A DNA stretch of 64,000 nt, taken from assembly GCA_025786725.1 (NCBI GenBank), contig JAHLTZ010000050.1:1-64000 (forward strand), read 5' to 3'. The translations under genes were made by a program, and so were the position numbers. The notes below the pieces were generated by a model. It searched no databases, was not told the DNA's origin, and saw only the letters and a list, made by a program, of their open reading frames with translations. Source of the stretch: Syncephalis fuscata S228 (Eukaryota > Fungi > Zoopagomycota). Of the stretch, positions 1-14,409 are shown in pieces (position 1 is the first letter of the stretch; each line of letters opens with the position of its first letter).

Positions 1-2424
1 ATAAAAGAGATAGTAGAGTGTAATTGGTATAAAGTGGAGAGTAGTGCGTGTATAGCAGAGAGTAGAGCGTGATGATAATATCGCAGTTGGTTGTGTATAT
101 TTTGCAGGCTATTTATACTTATGATTATGCTGAGATGCTAGTATACTGTAGTATACGATATATACCATTGATGTGTAACATGGACCAATAAAGCAATCTA
201 AACAATGGTTTGAGGTGCGCATGTACCCATAAATCTATGGCATGATAGAATGCTCCCGGTCTTGATTTCAATCTGTCCGGCCTTTACTCCAATCTGCTAG
301 TCATTCGCACAAATAATGGAACAACGCTAATAACCCAGTACATATGCGATAAAAATAGATATATTAGTCTGTATTCTTTGTTATACGGTCTAACTATTTG
401 GTAAAACAAGCATATTGTTTAGTTTTGTAAACAAGACAAAGACGTCTTTGTTGCCAGTTCCCTGAATGACTCAGTCCCCAATATCTGCATCATACAAAGT
501 AGTGCACAACAATGATGCAAAAACAGGTTTAATATATTAAACTGGTATTTTTATACAGGTTTTTACTGCTGTACGTAAGTCAGTTGTAGTTTTCAAATTA
601 TAAAGTGTGCTGACTGGTACATGTGCGTATTTCATTCACTACTATGCCCATTGTTATGGGATAGCAATTGTTCTGAATTCACAAATGCATCACATCAAGG
701 TGTATCATGCCACATGTGCAACTACCATCATTCAAATGGCGGCTAATCCAAATTACCTAAAAGCAACTATACAATAAGTACTGTTTGTAGGATAATGCAT
801 CACGACATTTGAGCAATGGAATATTTCAACAAGTCATTTTCGCCATCAGTTTTTAGCTGTAGACTAAATTGCATCGGCTAAACTACACGCGATGCAATAT
901 GCAGACACTGGACTAGACACAATAGAAAGTTCCAATTGAATGTTAGCAATTTCGAGTGCATAATGTCAATGGATCGTATATCAACCGGTAATTATCCAAG
1001 GCCTAAGTGCTGCTTACATTTATGAAAACACTTTTGACAAGTTAAGCAAGATGGAATGTAGAAGAACAAGCCAAAGCAGAAACCAATAGAAAAACAATTA
1101 GCAGCTCAAAGAATTACTGGTTTGACCTATAACAAATCATTATACCTATGCTAAGCTAGACTACGTTTATCAAAAGTTGGCTGTTGCTGATGCAGCTAGA
1201 ACAGCAGTAACGTTAAATTGAGATAACGCACAGAAAACAAAGAGTTGTAGATAAAATTGAATTGACAAGTTTAGTAATTAAATACTTATTATTGTTACTA
1301 TAACTTGTAATTCTGGTTGTTTGTACAGATAAATATTTACAAGCACATTGTACCTTCTTATATACTTACATTTACACGATCATCAACTAAAACAACTAGT
1401 ATAAGGCTTAATCTAATTATTTATCAATGTAAGCAGCTAATATTATACATTATTGCAGCAATTGAAAGACAGATTAATTTCATTTATTGATCATTAATAA
1501 AAGTCGTATAATTGTATATTAAAATAAAACAAAACATTGGATTGAGCGCGTAATATTTACACGATCAAATCATTTTACCTTGACTCTCGCATTTTTTATT
1601 TACTTATTTCATTACTTTTTCTTATTGTTATCTTATCGTTTTATTCAGTAATATATCATACAATAATGTTGAATATAGCAATATAAATAGCATGTGTGTT
1701 TTAACATCAATAAAAACACTATTCAATCTTAGCTTTATTTCTTTTATTTACATCAACACCTGTTCAAATAACCTCAACAGCATGCCGTATATTCTGGCTA
1801 CAACTGTCGCCACAAGATCTTTCTGGTGAAAACACTCAACTATCATTATTGCATACGGTGGAGGCCATTTGCTTGATCAATGGTTGGCAAAGAGTCTGCA
1901 TCTACCAAGTTGATACTAAGAATACGCAAGACAATGGTGAACATCAGAAACGCTAGTCGTCCTACCTTTTTGTCATCATAAATGAGTATCTTACATTGCA
2001 AATATACCCAAAATGCAACAGTAGAAGATTGGAAAATAAAAGAGACCATTCAGACGCAATAATCCACACTGTACGTAGTAATAACAACAATAACTGCGGA
2101 ACAATGTGAAAGTGCAACGATGTGGCTTTTATTAATATTCGATCAATCTTTCTACACATGGTCAACAACAACAACAATGATCAGCCTCAATATTTCAAAG
2201 AAATCAAATGGTATGTTACATTATTTATTTAAATGTTTAAAATAGTAGTTACTAGTAGAAATTTCTGTTACAGTTAATTCTATTCTATGGAAATGGTAAT
2301 GTTATTACATTATGCTGATATTTATTGTGAATGACCATTTAAATACAAATCAACCTAATCAAATTATTACAATGGATTGCGTAAAATGATTTATTGCGCT
2401 GAATGGAATCAAAATAATGCCAAT
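1..2424 (-). repeat. Upstream/promoter segment of the micro-exon peptide gene family (copy C; its coding part lies left of the window)
   Basis: The reverse complement of 1-230 matches 36745-36970 and 62150-62375 (TATA box and CT-rich 5'UTR). The rest matches 32930-34739 plus 36151-36999, and ~59990-62402. Confidence 0.9.
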
Positions 2425-2486
2425 CAAACACTCTTGTTTCTTTCATCATACTTCTACAACACTGGCCGCTATTAGTATAGTTTATT

Positions 2487-3308
2487 ATGCCACGTGAACG
2501 TAAATCTGCGAAATCTCCATCTAACGAGAAGGAATCCTCGGATGGAGGTATGTAATCAGATCTGTTATTCATTAATACAAACATCTTAATAATGATGTAG
2601 AGGTTGTTGCTGTCAACAAGCCAAAGCCGGACGTGATTGTGAATAAGCTTTCACTATCAGAGCTGCGATATGCATCGGATGACGCGGTAAAAGAGGTAAT
2701 CGCGTAGTTGCTATAATGTACTATATAGTGTATTAATAGGTGATGGACTACAATAGTATTTAAATGAGAAGCGCAAATACCAACAAGTGCATCGCCATAC
2801 CGATATAAAGTTACTGTTAGGCTATGCAGCGTGTGCCGTGGCCCTTGGTGATTTTCTTTATGGCTGGAAGAAACCGTTTGAGCAGTTCCGTACAGTGAGC
2901 GCCATTAGTGTTAGCGTGTAAGTAGCCACTAGCCATGATGTCACACCTATTGACCAATGATGGTGCCAATAGATATGTTATTCTAAGCTTGGCCGCCGCT
3001 TTGTATACTTATTTTGTTGAAGATAAAAACATTTATATTGGCAAACGTGGTCATGTAAGTTAATGCTAGATGAATACACCCTATATGGTTATTTATTATT
3101 ATAATTTTAGGAAACGATTCGTATGGACGTGGAAGTCAAGGACGCTAAGCCAATCTATCACGTAAATGTTGTACGAGAACTAACGGATGGCAATGAAGTT
3201 GATCGTCGGGAACGTACACTGGCCAAGCCATTTACCGACTGGTTTGATGTTAATGGATTATTGGTACGCGAGCGATTGGAGCTAGATATCGCTTCATTGC
3301 TAGACTAG
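2487..3308 (+). CDS. SPC2: Signal peptidase complex subunit 2 (SPC25 family), multi-exon
   Basis: The spliced reading gives VNKLSLSELRYASDDAVKE|YLNEKRKYQQVHRHTDIKLLLGYAACAVALGDFLYGWKKPFE...KPFTDWFDVNGLLVRERL, typical SPC25 motifs, with GT-AG introns. Confidence 0.85.
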
Positions 3309-3537
3309 TAATAAATATGTTGTTGATGCATAAATGAATATATGTTATTAGATGGGATCTACAGTTACACTTTTGTAATAGTGCTATTGTAGAATAGTGT
3401 TTATACAATAATAGTCTAATGAATGAACACCATGCATTAATAAAGTGTTTAAAAAATAATTTATTATTAAATTTATTTCTATTTTTACTATTATTCATTT
3501 GACCGTCTTTACTGTTAAACCAACCAACTACCCCTCC

Positions 3538-5539
3538 ATGACCATTAGAAGGGCGCGTTCTAGACGCAATCCGCTTATTGTTAAGCGCAATTGGCTACAG
3601 CAACGCATAAGAACATTGAGGAATAACTGCTCGTTTTCCTTTTCAGATGATGTGTTCATCACGCTAATTATCTGTTTGATTACGGGCCGGCGAGGCACAC
3701 TGTTATGTACGCATGAAGATAATATTCCTAGATTACGTCAACAATTAGAACAAGTATGAAGAAAGTAAAAGAATGTTAGTATAATGAAATTAATCATGGT
3801 ATTGCTAGATATGTGCTGGATTATTTGGTCTTTCTGTTATACAATTCGACCAGAACGACTTGTTAATTCACTTGACCCAGCATCGGCTTTTTTCCAACGA
3901 CCAGATACACCGGGAAGTAGTTTACGTGTACGGATGAATTCAAGTTCAGAACTATTATCATTGATACCACAAGCAGACCCATTTGCCCAAGCATTTGGAC
4001 ACCAAGTGAGCACTACTACTAACACTGCTGCTGCTGGTCATAGTACTGGCCATAGTGGTAGTAGTAAGCGGCCAGGTTCACCAGTATCGATTCATACGTT
4101 GTCACAAATGCCTATGGGGCCATTATCAAGTAATAGTACACCGAATCGACGGGCTGAAAAGGGACAGCGACAAGCATCGGGTATGAGTGCAGCCAATACA
4201 GCTAATGCCGCTACTACAATCCTTAGTGGCAATGGTAGTCCGCCTGATGCGCGTCCCTCTATCGATTCTGTATGGCCTAATAGTATTATATTAACGGCAG
4301 AGCCCGATACCATAGAGTCGCCGTTTCCCACTACCACTGCGGTAAATAAATTAAATAAGAAAAGATAGAGCTGGCCTGATTTGATTTGATGGTATTAGAG
4401 ATCGGTAAAGTCGGAACGACTAGCGACGGCCCATCGAGCCGGATCGGTTGTTATTGATCACCGACGCCATTTAACACCTCTATGGAATCAACCAAGTCCT
4501 GAGGGAATGCATCGTGGCTCGGTATCAACGCGTAGAACACGGCGTACCATGATGCATAATGACGATCAAGAAATAAAGCACTCCCACGGCTATAGAGGCC
4601 ATAGCTATCGGCAGAAAAGTGTTCGAGAATCGTTAATGCTAGCGGAGCGGGGCGAGGATCGCCATTTAACGCAAGTGATTATTTTAGAGAATGTAGATAC
4701 GGCTGAACCAGCAGTCATTGGTGTTCTGATGGAGGTAATGATACAGCTAAATGGAATATTTAAACTATACAATACTAAAGTGGTTGGTTTAGCTATTGAC
4801 ATTAGGGAGGGTGCGTGATCGTTATGGTATTCATCCTGTACCGACACCGTTTCTACTTATTTGTATTAGCAGTCGGGATAGATTGGCATCACATCCATTG
4901 CCATCATTTTTAGTAAGTTATTTGTATTAATTGACTGAGTTGGCGTTAATGTAAGCAGCTGGATCAATTTTTACTTAGTTTTACACATGACCTTTCTCCA
5001 ACTGGAACAACACCTACAGCTTCTACTACTAATTTGACGATGCTGAAATCACCATCCATGTCTAGTATGTTATCGATGCGACAAGCACTAGTGCCCTATT
5101 CGGTAGGCTACTAAGCGTAAATCATTAGTAATAACCATTTAACTAATTACTATGAGATTAGGAGATACGCGATTTGGCCGATCATTGTATTAATATGTCT
5201 ATTGGTGCCTCTGTTTCTCGGTATATACGAGATATAGTAGTGGCAATTAGAAATCATCATGCTGTTGAAGCGGGTGTTACGGCCCGCTCTATGCTTGATC
5301 TTGAAACGGTAGTTAGGTAAGTTTAGTGTTATGAAAGGGCTACATTGTACATGCTAATGAAGATGCTATTTAGAGCTTTGGCAACGCTTTATGGTAGGGG
5401 ATTTGTTACGCCAGAATTAGCGATGATTGCTACGGAAAAAGTATTTGCACATCGATTGCGTTTACGTAATAATACACGTTACGAGTCGATAGAAGAAGCA
5501 ATTGCCGATGTATTACGGGCCATTAGACCTCCCGTTTAA
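3538..5539 (+). CDS. Degenerate AAA / ChlI-MoxR lid-domain protein (Mtc2-like), multi-exon, with a long low-complexity insert
   Basis: The Walker-B-like VIILENVD and C-terminal SRYIRDIVVAIRNH..VEAGVTARSMLDL..RALATLYGRGFVTPE..EKVFAHRLRL resemble the AAA lid of the Mg-chelatase/MoxR family. Confidence 0.6.
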
Positions 5540-6559
5540 TTGTATTAATATTATTTTATATTATTTTAATAAAATGATTATTTATTTAATACGCAAAGTA
5601 AAGTGATGTAATTATGTAAGCATTGTATTATATTAGGTATGGGCAGCTGTATACAAGCTCGTATTTATTTAACAAAAAATAAATTTATTATTTTAAACAT
5701 ATCAAGTGTATACGATAGCGACACTGTGTTGTTAAATACTAATTTATCGTATACATGCTTATTCTATTACAATGATATGTAATTTTATTTATTTATTCAA
5801 CTATTTAAACCAACATATTATTATTTCACTTTCTAGAGTATATCGATATTGGTGTATTTATCTATTGATAACATTTTTATAATTTAATCTTTAATGTTAA
5901 ATATCTTGATCGTTTTATTATATTCCCTATTTTTACTAATGATAGGTTTGATGCTATATTAACATCTAAATAAATAATTTTTACTTTCTATACCTAGTAG
6001 ATTGCTTTGTTTGCAATAGTGTTAACTTATGCATTTATAATTGTCATTTTTTACTTGAATGGTGGCAGCACAGTTGTAGCGTACACATGTATTTATGAAT
6101 AAAATGAATAAATTAAAGTTTATGAGCAATGGAGCCAAAACCAAACGGGCAGCAGTTCTAGAAAATGCATATCCAATACATAATAAAATTATATATTTTG
6201 GAATGAATATATGATAAGAAAGTATGAGTAATGTTGTTAAAGTTATAGTGTACATATATCCATAAATAAATGAGCAAGATGCGTTGAGATTTATAACCAA
6301 TAGAGCTAACAACAACTTGACAGCATCATTAAGCAGTGATTATCCATCATGTGGCAGAATGGTATACAATAGAATAAATATAGAATGAAAGAGTGTGAAT
6401 AACGGTGTCGAAGTTATAGTGTGTATAGCGTAATGATTAGAGTGAGTAAAATATATTGAAGCATATAAACAATAGAATGTGTCTAGTATATTGTAGAATG
6501 ATATAGATAGATAGAGTATATATACATACTGAATAATAAAGCTACAATAATGAGTATTT

Positions 6560-6775
6560 GATGACTGATGTCACTCACCACCCATCATCATGTTCAATAG
6601 ATTGGATGTTATTAAATTTAGTCATTTGACCACCAAGTAAACAATAAATGTGATGATGCAATGATTAAATAAAACTCACCACTTGTCCCCATGTTCAATA
6701 GATTAAATGCGCAGTTCAATTGCGCGAATGTTATTAAATTTAGTCATTTGACCCCCAAATCATGTTAAATTGTCA
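6560..6775. mobile_element. MITE-family terminal fragments (partly duplicated)
   Basis: Matches the TIR motif gatgactgatgtcactcac...catgttcaatagatt...agttcaattgcgcgaatgttatt also seen at 20420-20530, 27930-28050 and 44750-44860. Confidence 0.55.
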
Positions 6776-7415
6776 ATAAATAAAGTATAAAATAAATAGT
6801 ATAATAATTTAAAAGGATGCACAACACTTTGCACAATCATTATAGCATAAATAAAGATTAAATGGCATTATCATGATAAATATAATAGACAGTATTTGTA
6901 TATCTTAATTAAATGGTATTGTTTATTAAATAATAAAGAACAAGTCTTGATGTTTCTTACAATCGGTTTCTAAACAATAAAGTGTAATTAATCTACAGGT
7001 ATCTATATTATCAGTTAGCAAGTGGGCCAGTGTTAGAGGCTAATAATGAACAATAAACAGTTTAAACATTTTAACATTGGACACAAAGTATTAAGTGATA
7101 AATGCCATCAAAATACGGTGGACTCCGTTGTTGTATTAAAGGAACAACAAATGGCGGCTGTGCAAAAGCTGTTAATCGCAGATTAACGATGAAAGCAAAA
7201 TAGTAGCGGGGTGCTTGCATTGTCGACAAAAGGCAAAAAATTGCGACGCAAGCGAAGAATGTAAAGCTAAAAAAACTTGAAGAATAAAGCGAAGATTGTA
7301 GCACAAAATGGACAAGCAATGACCAAGAAGGGTCGTGTGTCCGTGAACAAAAGACGAAAAATTAGAAACCAAAACAAAACCGACAACAATCACACATCAA
7401 CAGCCATGGGAGCGC

Positions 7416-9781
7416 TTACAATGGTGTAGCTTGTCGGCTGTTTGGGGAGCCCGAGGCAAAGTACATACGTGCAGTGCCATCGTAGACTGGGGACGAGACG
7501 GAGGAAATACTGGAGATTTCCGAGACACTGTCATCGACTTCATCGATGGCTGATGGAACAAACAACCAAGGGGCCTCTGCGCGCGTGGCGTACAAAGCAT
7601 CGAAGGAGCTAGAGTTTCTAAGCACCTTTGAGGCAGATGGACGCGAGTAGCGCTCAGTGGCAGGGCGGATGGTAGAGTTCCATAGCGATTCAGTGCAAGG
7701 GAGAGAAGGCGACGGAGTGGTCGAGGGGGCAAGAGACGAAGCAACGGAGACGGATGGTCGAGACCATACACCTCGTGCTTTTCCCTTGGAAGAGGAGGCT
7801 TTCACAGCTTTAGCATCGGACCGGACGCGAGATTGGGCACCTCGCGATGTTAGTTGCACACTGGTGCTTGGTTCTTCTTGGCTTCTAGCGTATGAAGCGA
7901 CGTTTTGGCGATGGCTAGCGAGCACGGCGCTCATGCTGCGCTCGATCTGGCGCTGAATGGACGGCTGAGGTGGGCGCATTTGGTAGCCAAACGAGTCATC
8001 GCTATCCTGAGATAGAGATGGGGTGGTTAGCGGGGAGGACGTGTCCAGATCGGACGATTCATCGCACGATGTATCGTATGAGGTTGGGCGCATCATATAC
8101 ATGGCATTGCTGGGAAGCTGGGCCATGGACATTTTGCGGCCCATAGCTGGCTTGACGGACACCATGGAGGGCGCGTGGCTGGCAACACTGTGGCGACGAC
8201 GGACTGAGCTGAATCCAGCGGGCATGTATTGAGCCTGCTCGTCACGGCGGACCACGATGGTGCGTGGCTGGCAAACAAAGCGGCGCATATCCCTCTCGTC
8301 GTCGGAAGAGCGAGGGGAAGCGATTGGGGACGCAGCTCCACTGGATACAGGGGAGCGACGAACAACCTTGCGCATGCGGTAGGCATTGAAAGCTGGGATC
8401 GAGTGTTCGACCGAAGCGTTCATGTTGTTTGCTTGTGACTGCTTAATTGGCACAAGATTTGGCATCTGCTCTTCACGTCCCATCATGGTGGAGCGTACAG
8501 GGCGAGAGCGGACATTGTAGACCGTTTACCCTCAGCGTTAGGCGATGGTGGACCAGCAACTCGGACCGATTGGCGGGGCGAGAGCTTGACACGATAACCG
8601 TTTGGTGAGCAGTTGTTTGTGTCGATCATCAAAGGCAAAGACATCTTGCGCTGGTACATGGGACGAGCTGGAGCGGCAGACTGCACCATACCGACGGATC
8701 TTGGTGGGCTGCCAGCTGGAAGCTGGGCTTGTGAGCCACGGCGGACCAAGATGCGCTGAGCTGGAATAGCTGGTAGGTTGACTTCGGTGTAGACAGTGCC
8801 ATTAACGAACATGCTGCCACGGCTGGCCTGAATGCTATTGTTGCGAGGCGACAATGGAGGCGAAGCGGATGAAGCAGCAGCGCTACGGGATGTAATGCTG
8901 TTGCGGCTGACCATGCGCTCGTTGACCAAGGTGTCGTTGCTGTAGGAAGTACTGAAGCTGACCACGCTAGCATGGCTAGGCTTGCGCTGGCGGGGAGCGA
9001 CTGGAGCTTGAGCTGGGGCCGGGACTGGGGCCGCAGCTGGCTCTTGGAAGTCTTGGTACATCTTGCGACGAGTGACAGCACGTTCAGCCTGCAATTGGTT
9101 TTGAAGACTGGCCAATTGTTCGCGCAACTTCTTTTGCTCGCTGATCTGGCGGGAAAGCTCGACCTCCAAATTGCTTTGAAGGCTGGATACCGACACAGAC
9201 TTTGAACGAGAGACCCAGCGGCGGGATGGCACGCTTGAGCTGGCATCAGATTGAGCCGACGAGTCGTCGAATGAGGCCAAAGTGCGCTCGGTTCCGCTGG
9301 TTGGCACGGTGCTGGCGTAGTCGGAGGTTGACACCTCGCTATCCTCGCTATCGTTCTCGTTCTCCTCGTACGATGTTGGGAGCTGAGTTGGGGATGGTGG
9401 AAGAACTGTGGTAAAAGTGGAGTGGCAACGGCGATTGTTGCGGAGGCTGCGTAATTGAGAGGCGTTGCGTCGTAAAGTTAATGATTTAGTAAGTGGTGAT
9501 ACAGATTGGGAGTTATTGGATGCAGTAGTAGTAGTAGTAGTAGATGGATAAGTTAAAACCGACGGGCTCGACATGCGGCGACCGCGGTTGAAGATTGGCT
9601 GGCTTTCGGCGGATGCCACAGAGCGTGGTGTGCTCACACACGACATGCTATCCGAAATAAACGTCTCTCCGGATAGTCGAGCATCCCAATCGATGATTCC
9701 GTTGACACCGGGGGTGCTAGCGGCAAGCGAGTTAAGCACAGCCTTGGTAAATTTAGGCAATAAAACTAAATCTAAAGACAT
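7416..9781 (-). CDS. Large intronless Ser/Arg/Pro-rich disordered protein with a short coiled coil; one gene split by a probable frameshift near 8485
   Basis: ORFs 8483-9793 and 7416-8486 overlap by 4 nt, share GC-rich coding-like composition and contain an internally repeated motif block. ATG at 9781. Confidence 0.65.
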
Positions 9782-11932
9782 GATGATAATCAAGCTAGTA
9801 GTGATAGAAAAACAGAAAACTCAGAAATATAGTAAACAGATTGGTATATAAGATTTTTGAATGGAATAGTGGCAGTCCAAACACGTAAGTCTATGAGAGA
9901 TGTATAGGAGTTGATTGGCGTACTAAAACAATAATACGACAGGTAGTTTAGAAACACTGGTGTAGACAAAGCGTACAGTATAAGTCAGATATGTGTATAG
10001 AACGTGTATAGAACGTGTATATGGAAGGTGTATATATGAGGTGGAAGGTGTATATGTTTATCGAAGAGGGTGGGGCGTGACAATATAGTGAAATACCAAT
10101 CTGGTAGAAAGAGTGTGTATGTTTAATGATACGACGAAGTTGGGAACGGAACGGCAGTCCAGTTATAAAGCAAAGTGTCCATGGTCGAGACGAAACCTGT
10201 TGACTATAGGCCATCTCCAGAAACGTGGTGACCGTACGACCTGGCACATTGCTTGCATGGTGAATCTGAGCCGAATACACAGCAAACGACAGTTGAAAAG
10301 AGCAGGCAGCATGTGAGCAGTCGTATGGTTTACTCAACAACAACATTTCAGTGGTGTGGCACTGAACATGCTAGGGGGAAAACAGGATCTGACCAGCAAT
10401 TAGTCAACCGCATGCTGAATTGAGCGCGCGGATAACCGGCCACACATGATTTGGCACATGAATCTACAGTAAATTAGTGAAGCCGCTACTCCACATGAAT
10501 GGCATGCGGTACTCTGGCTGGTAGTACAGCAGCTTTTGCTGCCCACCAGTATGATGTCACTAGCAAATTCAGCCCATTCGAAGCATGAATTTCTAATTAA
10601 TATATGATGATGCCGCTGCAGTACATTCCAACGAGCACATGAAATTAATTGAACCGCATGCCAAGGACAAACAATCCAATGATGGTGTAACAGTGACGAT
10701 ATGGCCATAAGCTACTATTGATCAAAAGCATTTTCTTTCCAAATATGCTAGTTGCCAAAGGTAGACTTTGGATAATGTAAATAAGGCTATGGGATTTCAA
10801 TCGTTTGTTTTAGGAAATGTACAATTGCCAAATATGGCAATAATTAATTAACACAATATTAAATAAATTTATTGATCCCAAAATTAGTAATACTAAATGA
10901 TTTTATTAATGGCCAATGTTGTGCTGATAACAATGGTAGATTTGATGGGTATCTATAGTATGAGAAGTGTCATTAGTAACTGATCCGTAAGCACTTTCTA
11001 GACAATGGCTAGCCATCCAGCTTATCGGCGAGTCTAGAATTGATAATCAAATGGTTCAGATAATAGCACAAGTGGTGTTATGCGTGATCAAAATTCACGT
11101 GGTGCTCTATCACCACACTGCATGATTATCAGTGCACATGTAAAGCCGGTATTCGCCCTGAATGCTAGAATCTAGTAACCTTGCCGCGTTAATAACTTTC
11201 AACAAAGTCCTTAATCCAAATTTCCTCTACCTTATACTATAGCAATGTATTTTATAATGCAGCTACATGCTTATTACAGTTTTTAACTATGTATAGCAAA
11301 TAGAAAATAACCTTTATGCAACTTACAAGTATCTTGCATTTTAAAATCAATAACTTAAGAATTACCATGATATAGTAAGACCGTTTACGGCAACACGGCA
11401 CAATCGATATGCATTGTATGCTCGATTCAATATTGTTTTGTTTTATTTTATCTATGTGCGTATAAACTTGAAATACATTTGTAAGTTGAACATATAGGAT
11501 AGCATTACTCAAGCCACAAGATAGTAAGATAGTAATATTTATTTAATTTAAAGCTGAAAAGACACCGCTATTGATCAGTATAGCTGCTTTGCATTACTTT
11601 GCTGCAAATTTCCCTATGTTTCATTATATCTCATGACCTTTACAAGGCAGGATCGGTGAAACTATTGTGGGGTTTAGGAGAAAAAATTACCGGTAATTTC
11701 TTATCAAGACTTGGCTGCTGATCATTAGAAAGCACAAGAGGTACATAGGTGGTTAGGTTATGTTAATCTAGATATGACTATTATAGCAATACTATTATCA
11801 TTGCTGTAATGATGAAGAATGGCAAGACTTACCAACTAAAATCTGTACACTATTTGGCTTAATAAATTAAAATTAAAAATTCTACTTTTATTATTGATGA
11901 ACAAATAATGTATATATAAATTATCGATATTG

Positions 11933-13120
11933 TTAATGACTTGCTCGGACAGCCCGAGCTCTACGCTGTGTCATGGCAATTCCTCCTGACCGTATTGCAA
12001 ACTGTTCCTCGCCCGACATTGAATGAATTATGTCTGTGAAAAAGGCAGTACGCGGTGTGTTCGGCTCTATTCTTTCCGTGCCGCTCGACATGCTGCTATT
12101 TGCCGAAGATAACGACGACTTTTTTGATGAATGCATCATAAAAGATTCGTAAAATGCACTGGATAGTGGCGATTGGGTCAATTCAAAACACGGTGATAAC
12201 GGAGATTTTAAAGCAGCTAAAAGACTATGCATTCTAATCGGATGGCCATCAGGCCGTGTGTCCTGCTTAAAATGAGTATCCACATGTAAATGATTATTCG
12301 TCTCTAGTTGTTTAGTCGAAAGAGCACCAACTCTATCCATACCAAATACACTTACGCAGCGACGTAGTTTGTTTGGAGTCCATGACTTATTAACATGCTG
12401 TTGTCGCTGTAATTGGTTATATTCAGATAGCTTCTCAAGCTTATCGCTTGACATACCCGAGTCGATTGAATGGCGCTTTCTCAATGTTGGTACTATTGTG
12501 CTAGTTGTATTGTATGCCGAACTATCAAGATCCACATTACGATTGGACCTTTGTGTCGTCAGTTCAGTCTTATGTTGATGTTGCTGTTCAATGCTGCTTG
12601 AGAGTTGCTTAGTGGTTTTAATATCTATAGAAAGACACCGTTTTCCCCGCTGGTTTCGCATTCGCCTTTTGCTTTTAGTTAGCACACTTTCCTGTGACTG
12701 CGACGTGCCCGACCATGGCGCTAACTTTTGCGACTGGACCGGTGTCAGCGTAGAAGCTGATTTCTCAATTGCGCAGTTGTAATTCTGAAATGTTTCAAGC
12801 TCAATTAAAATATATTCAGATTGGTAAATGTGACTGCGACGCATAAGCGACGATGATTGGATATGTGAATCAGCAGCAGAGTTAATGATAGAATGCTGAT
12901 AATGCAAATGGAAAGATGCTTTATCGTTGTCGATCGGACATGTTGCTGACCTTGCCAACGAATAAATAGACTGATCCAGGTTTGAGGGGTGGTTAACTAA
13001 TGAGTACTGTTTTTCACTATTGGCGCTGTCCTTGCTCGGAGAAGCTATGTATTCAGTCAGGGAGTTTTGTGCATTGGATTGGCTATTTAAGATAGCCTGG
13101 GCAAAGGTAGAGAAGAGCAT
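11933..13120 (-). CDS. Orphan intronless Ser-rich protein (395 aa)
   Basis: Long ORF with ATG. N-terminus MLFSTFAQAIL, with RKRHS and RRCVS motifs. Confidence 0.65.
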   Translation of the reverse strand: MLFSTFAQAILNSQSNAQNSLTEYIASPSKDSANSEKQYSLVNHPSNLDQSIYSLARSATCPIDNDKASFHLHYQHSIINSAADSHIQSSSLMRRSHIYQSEYILIELETFQNYNCAIEKSASTLTPVQSQKLAPWSGTSQSQESVLTKSKRRMRNQRGKRCLSIDIKTTKQLSSSIEQQHQHKTELTTQRSNRNVDLDSSAYNTTSTIVPTLRKRHSIDSGMSSDKLEKLSEYNQLQRQQHVNKSWTPNKLRRCVSVFGMDRVGALSTKQLETNNHLHVDTHFKQDTRPDGHPIRMHSLLAALKSPLSPCFELTQSPLSSAFYESFMMHSSKKSSLSSANSSMSSGTERIEPNTPRTAFFTDIIHSMSGEEQFAIRSGGIAMTQRRARAVRASH

Positions 13121-14409
13121 AGTGACAAAAATGTAACAGTTAATCTAGATGTCGCTAATTGACAAAATGTTACACGATCGAATGTCTTTAAGTTGATTTA
13201 TGTCAGATAAAAACAATTATTCTGTTGTAATATGCAAGTCAATAGTCGTTAAACGAAAGTAGGTAACTGATACTATCGAGGATGGCGTAACGACATATAG
13301 AAGACAAACTATCAAAGTTTGGTATGAGCACAACAAGAAAAGAAAGAAAGCAACGAGAGAATGGAAAAAGAAAGTAATGGCCAAGAGGGTAGCAGTTTAA
13401 AACAAGTCGTCTGCGTTGTGCAGGCTATATAGAACTTTCCTACCAGAGTGGACCACGTGAAACAATGGCTCGAACCAACTTGTCAACAAACCGGTATCAG
13501 ACTAAAACGGCATTGGGGGATGCTTGTTTGTAAATTCTAACAAATCATGTCAAGTACCATTTATTATAATACACTGTTTTGGCAAACACCGCCTTCGACT
13601 CTTAAAACAGCATTTGCTAGATCAAGAGGGAATAACAGGTGCTTCAAAATACCATCTGTGTAGACATGATGAACGGTCATAGCATGATGCCATAGCGCTA
13701 TTCTGGTACATGCTTGCACGTGATACATGTTTCGAGATTTTGCTACAATAAACGAATTTGCTAGTCACTATAGTAGATTGTGGATTGGTAGGAAAAGCCA
13801 AAGCATTCTAATGAATGTGCTACTCATTTGTTTTCTGGCCTAAATAAATCATGATAACTGCCTCTTTGTGTAAATTCTTTGTTTTTGTAAAAATAAAGTA
13901 ACATAAACGATAGAACAAAGGATATATGGCAGTATTGTTCATTCTACAAACGAGTAAAACATACCTGTACCGTTGCCAAATTTAATCTGATCTAACCAGT
14001 AATATGTAATGGAATTCTGATGGCATTTGAATTCTATTCTCAGCCCGTTTCAGATTTAGTAATTTCATTGGGATCAATTTGAAGCAGCGCTTTAAGGCGC
14101 CGTTTCGTAACAACCAGACTCCGTTTTTGAATAAAGGCTATCTGCGCTATTCAAAAATTGCTCACATATATACGTTTCTTCTTCATTTCTTTTTCGTGGG
14201 CATCCGCTGGTATAGATTGACCCATATACCTTTTCCTATCACTCGACACAGCTGTAAACGACTGCTACTGGATAGCGGTTTTATTATTAGTGACACTGCC
14301 AACCATCCACACGTTCACGCATACCCGCCCACCCATACATTACTAACTGTCACTAAACAATCACTCATTGATATTGTAACCTGAATTGTACGACATTTTG
14401 GTGGCTAAA

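Noticed and set aside
7657-9851. Plus-strand and alternate-frame ORFs overlapping the large minus-strand gene
   Set aside because: Shadow ORFs of GC-rich coding sequence with no independent support.
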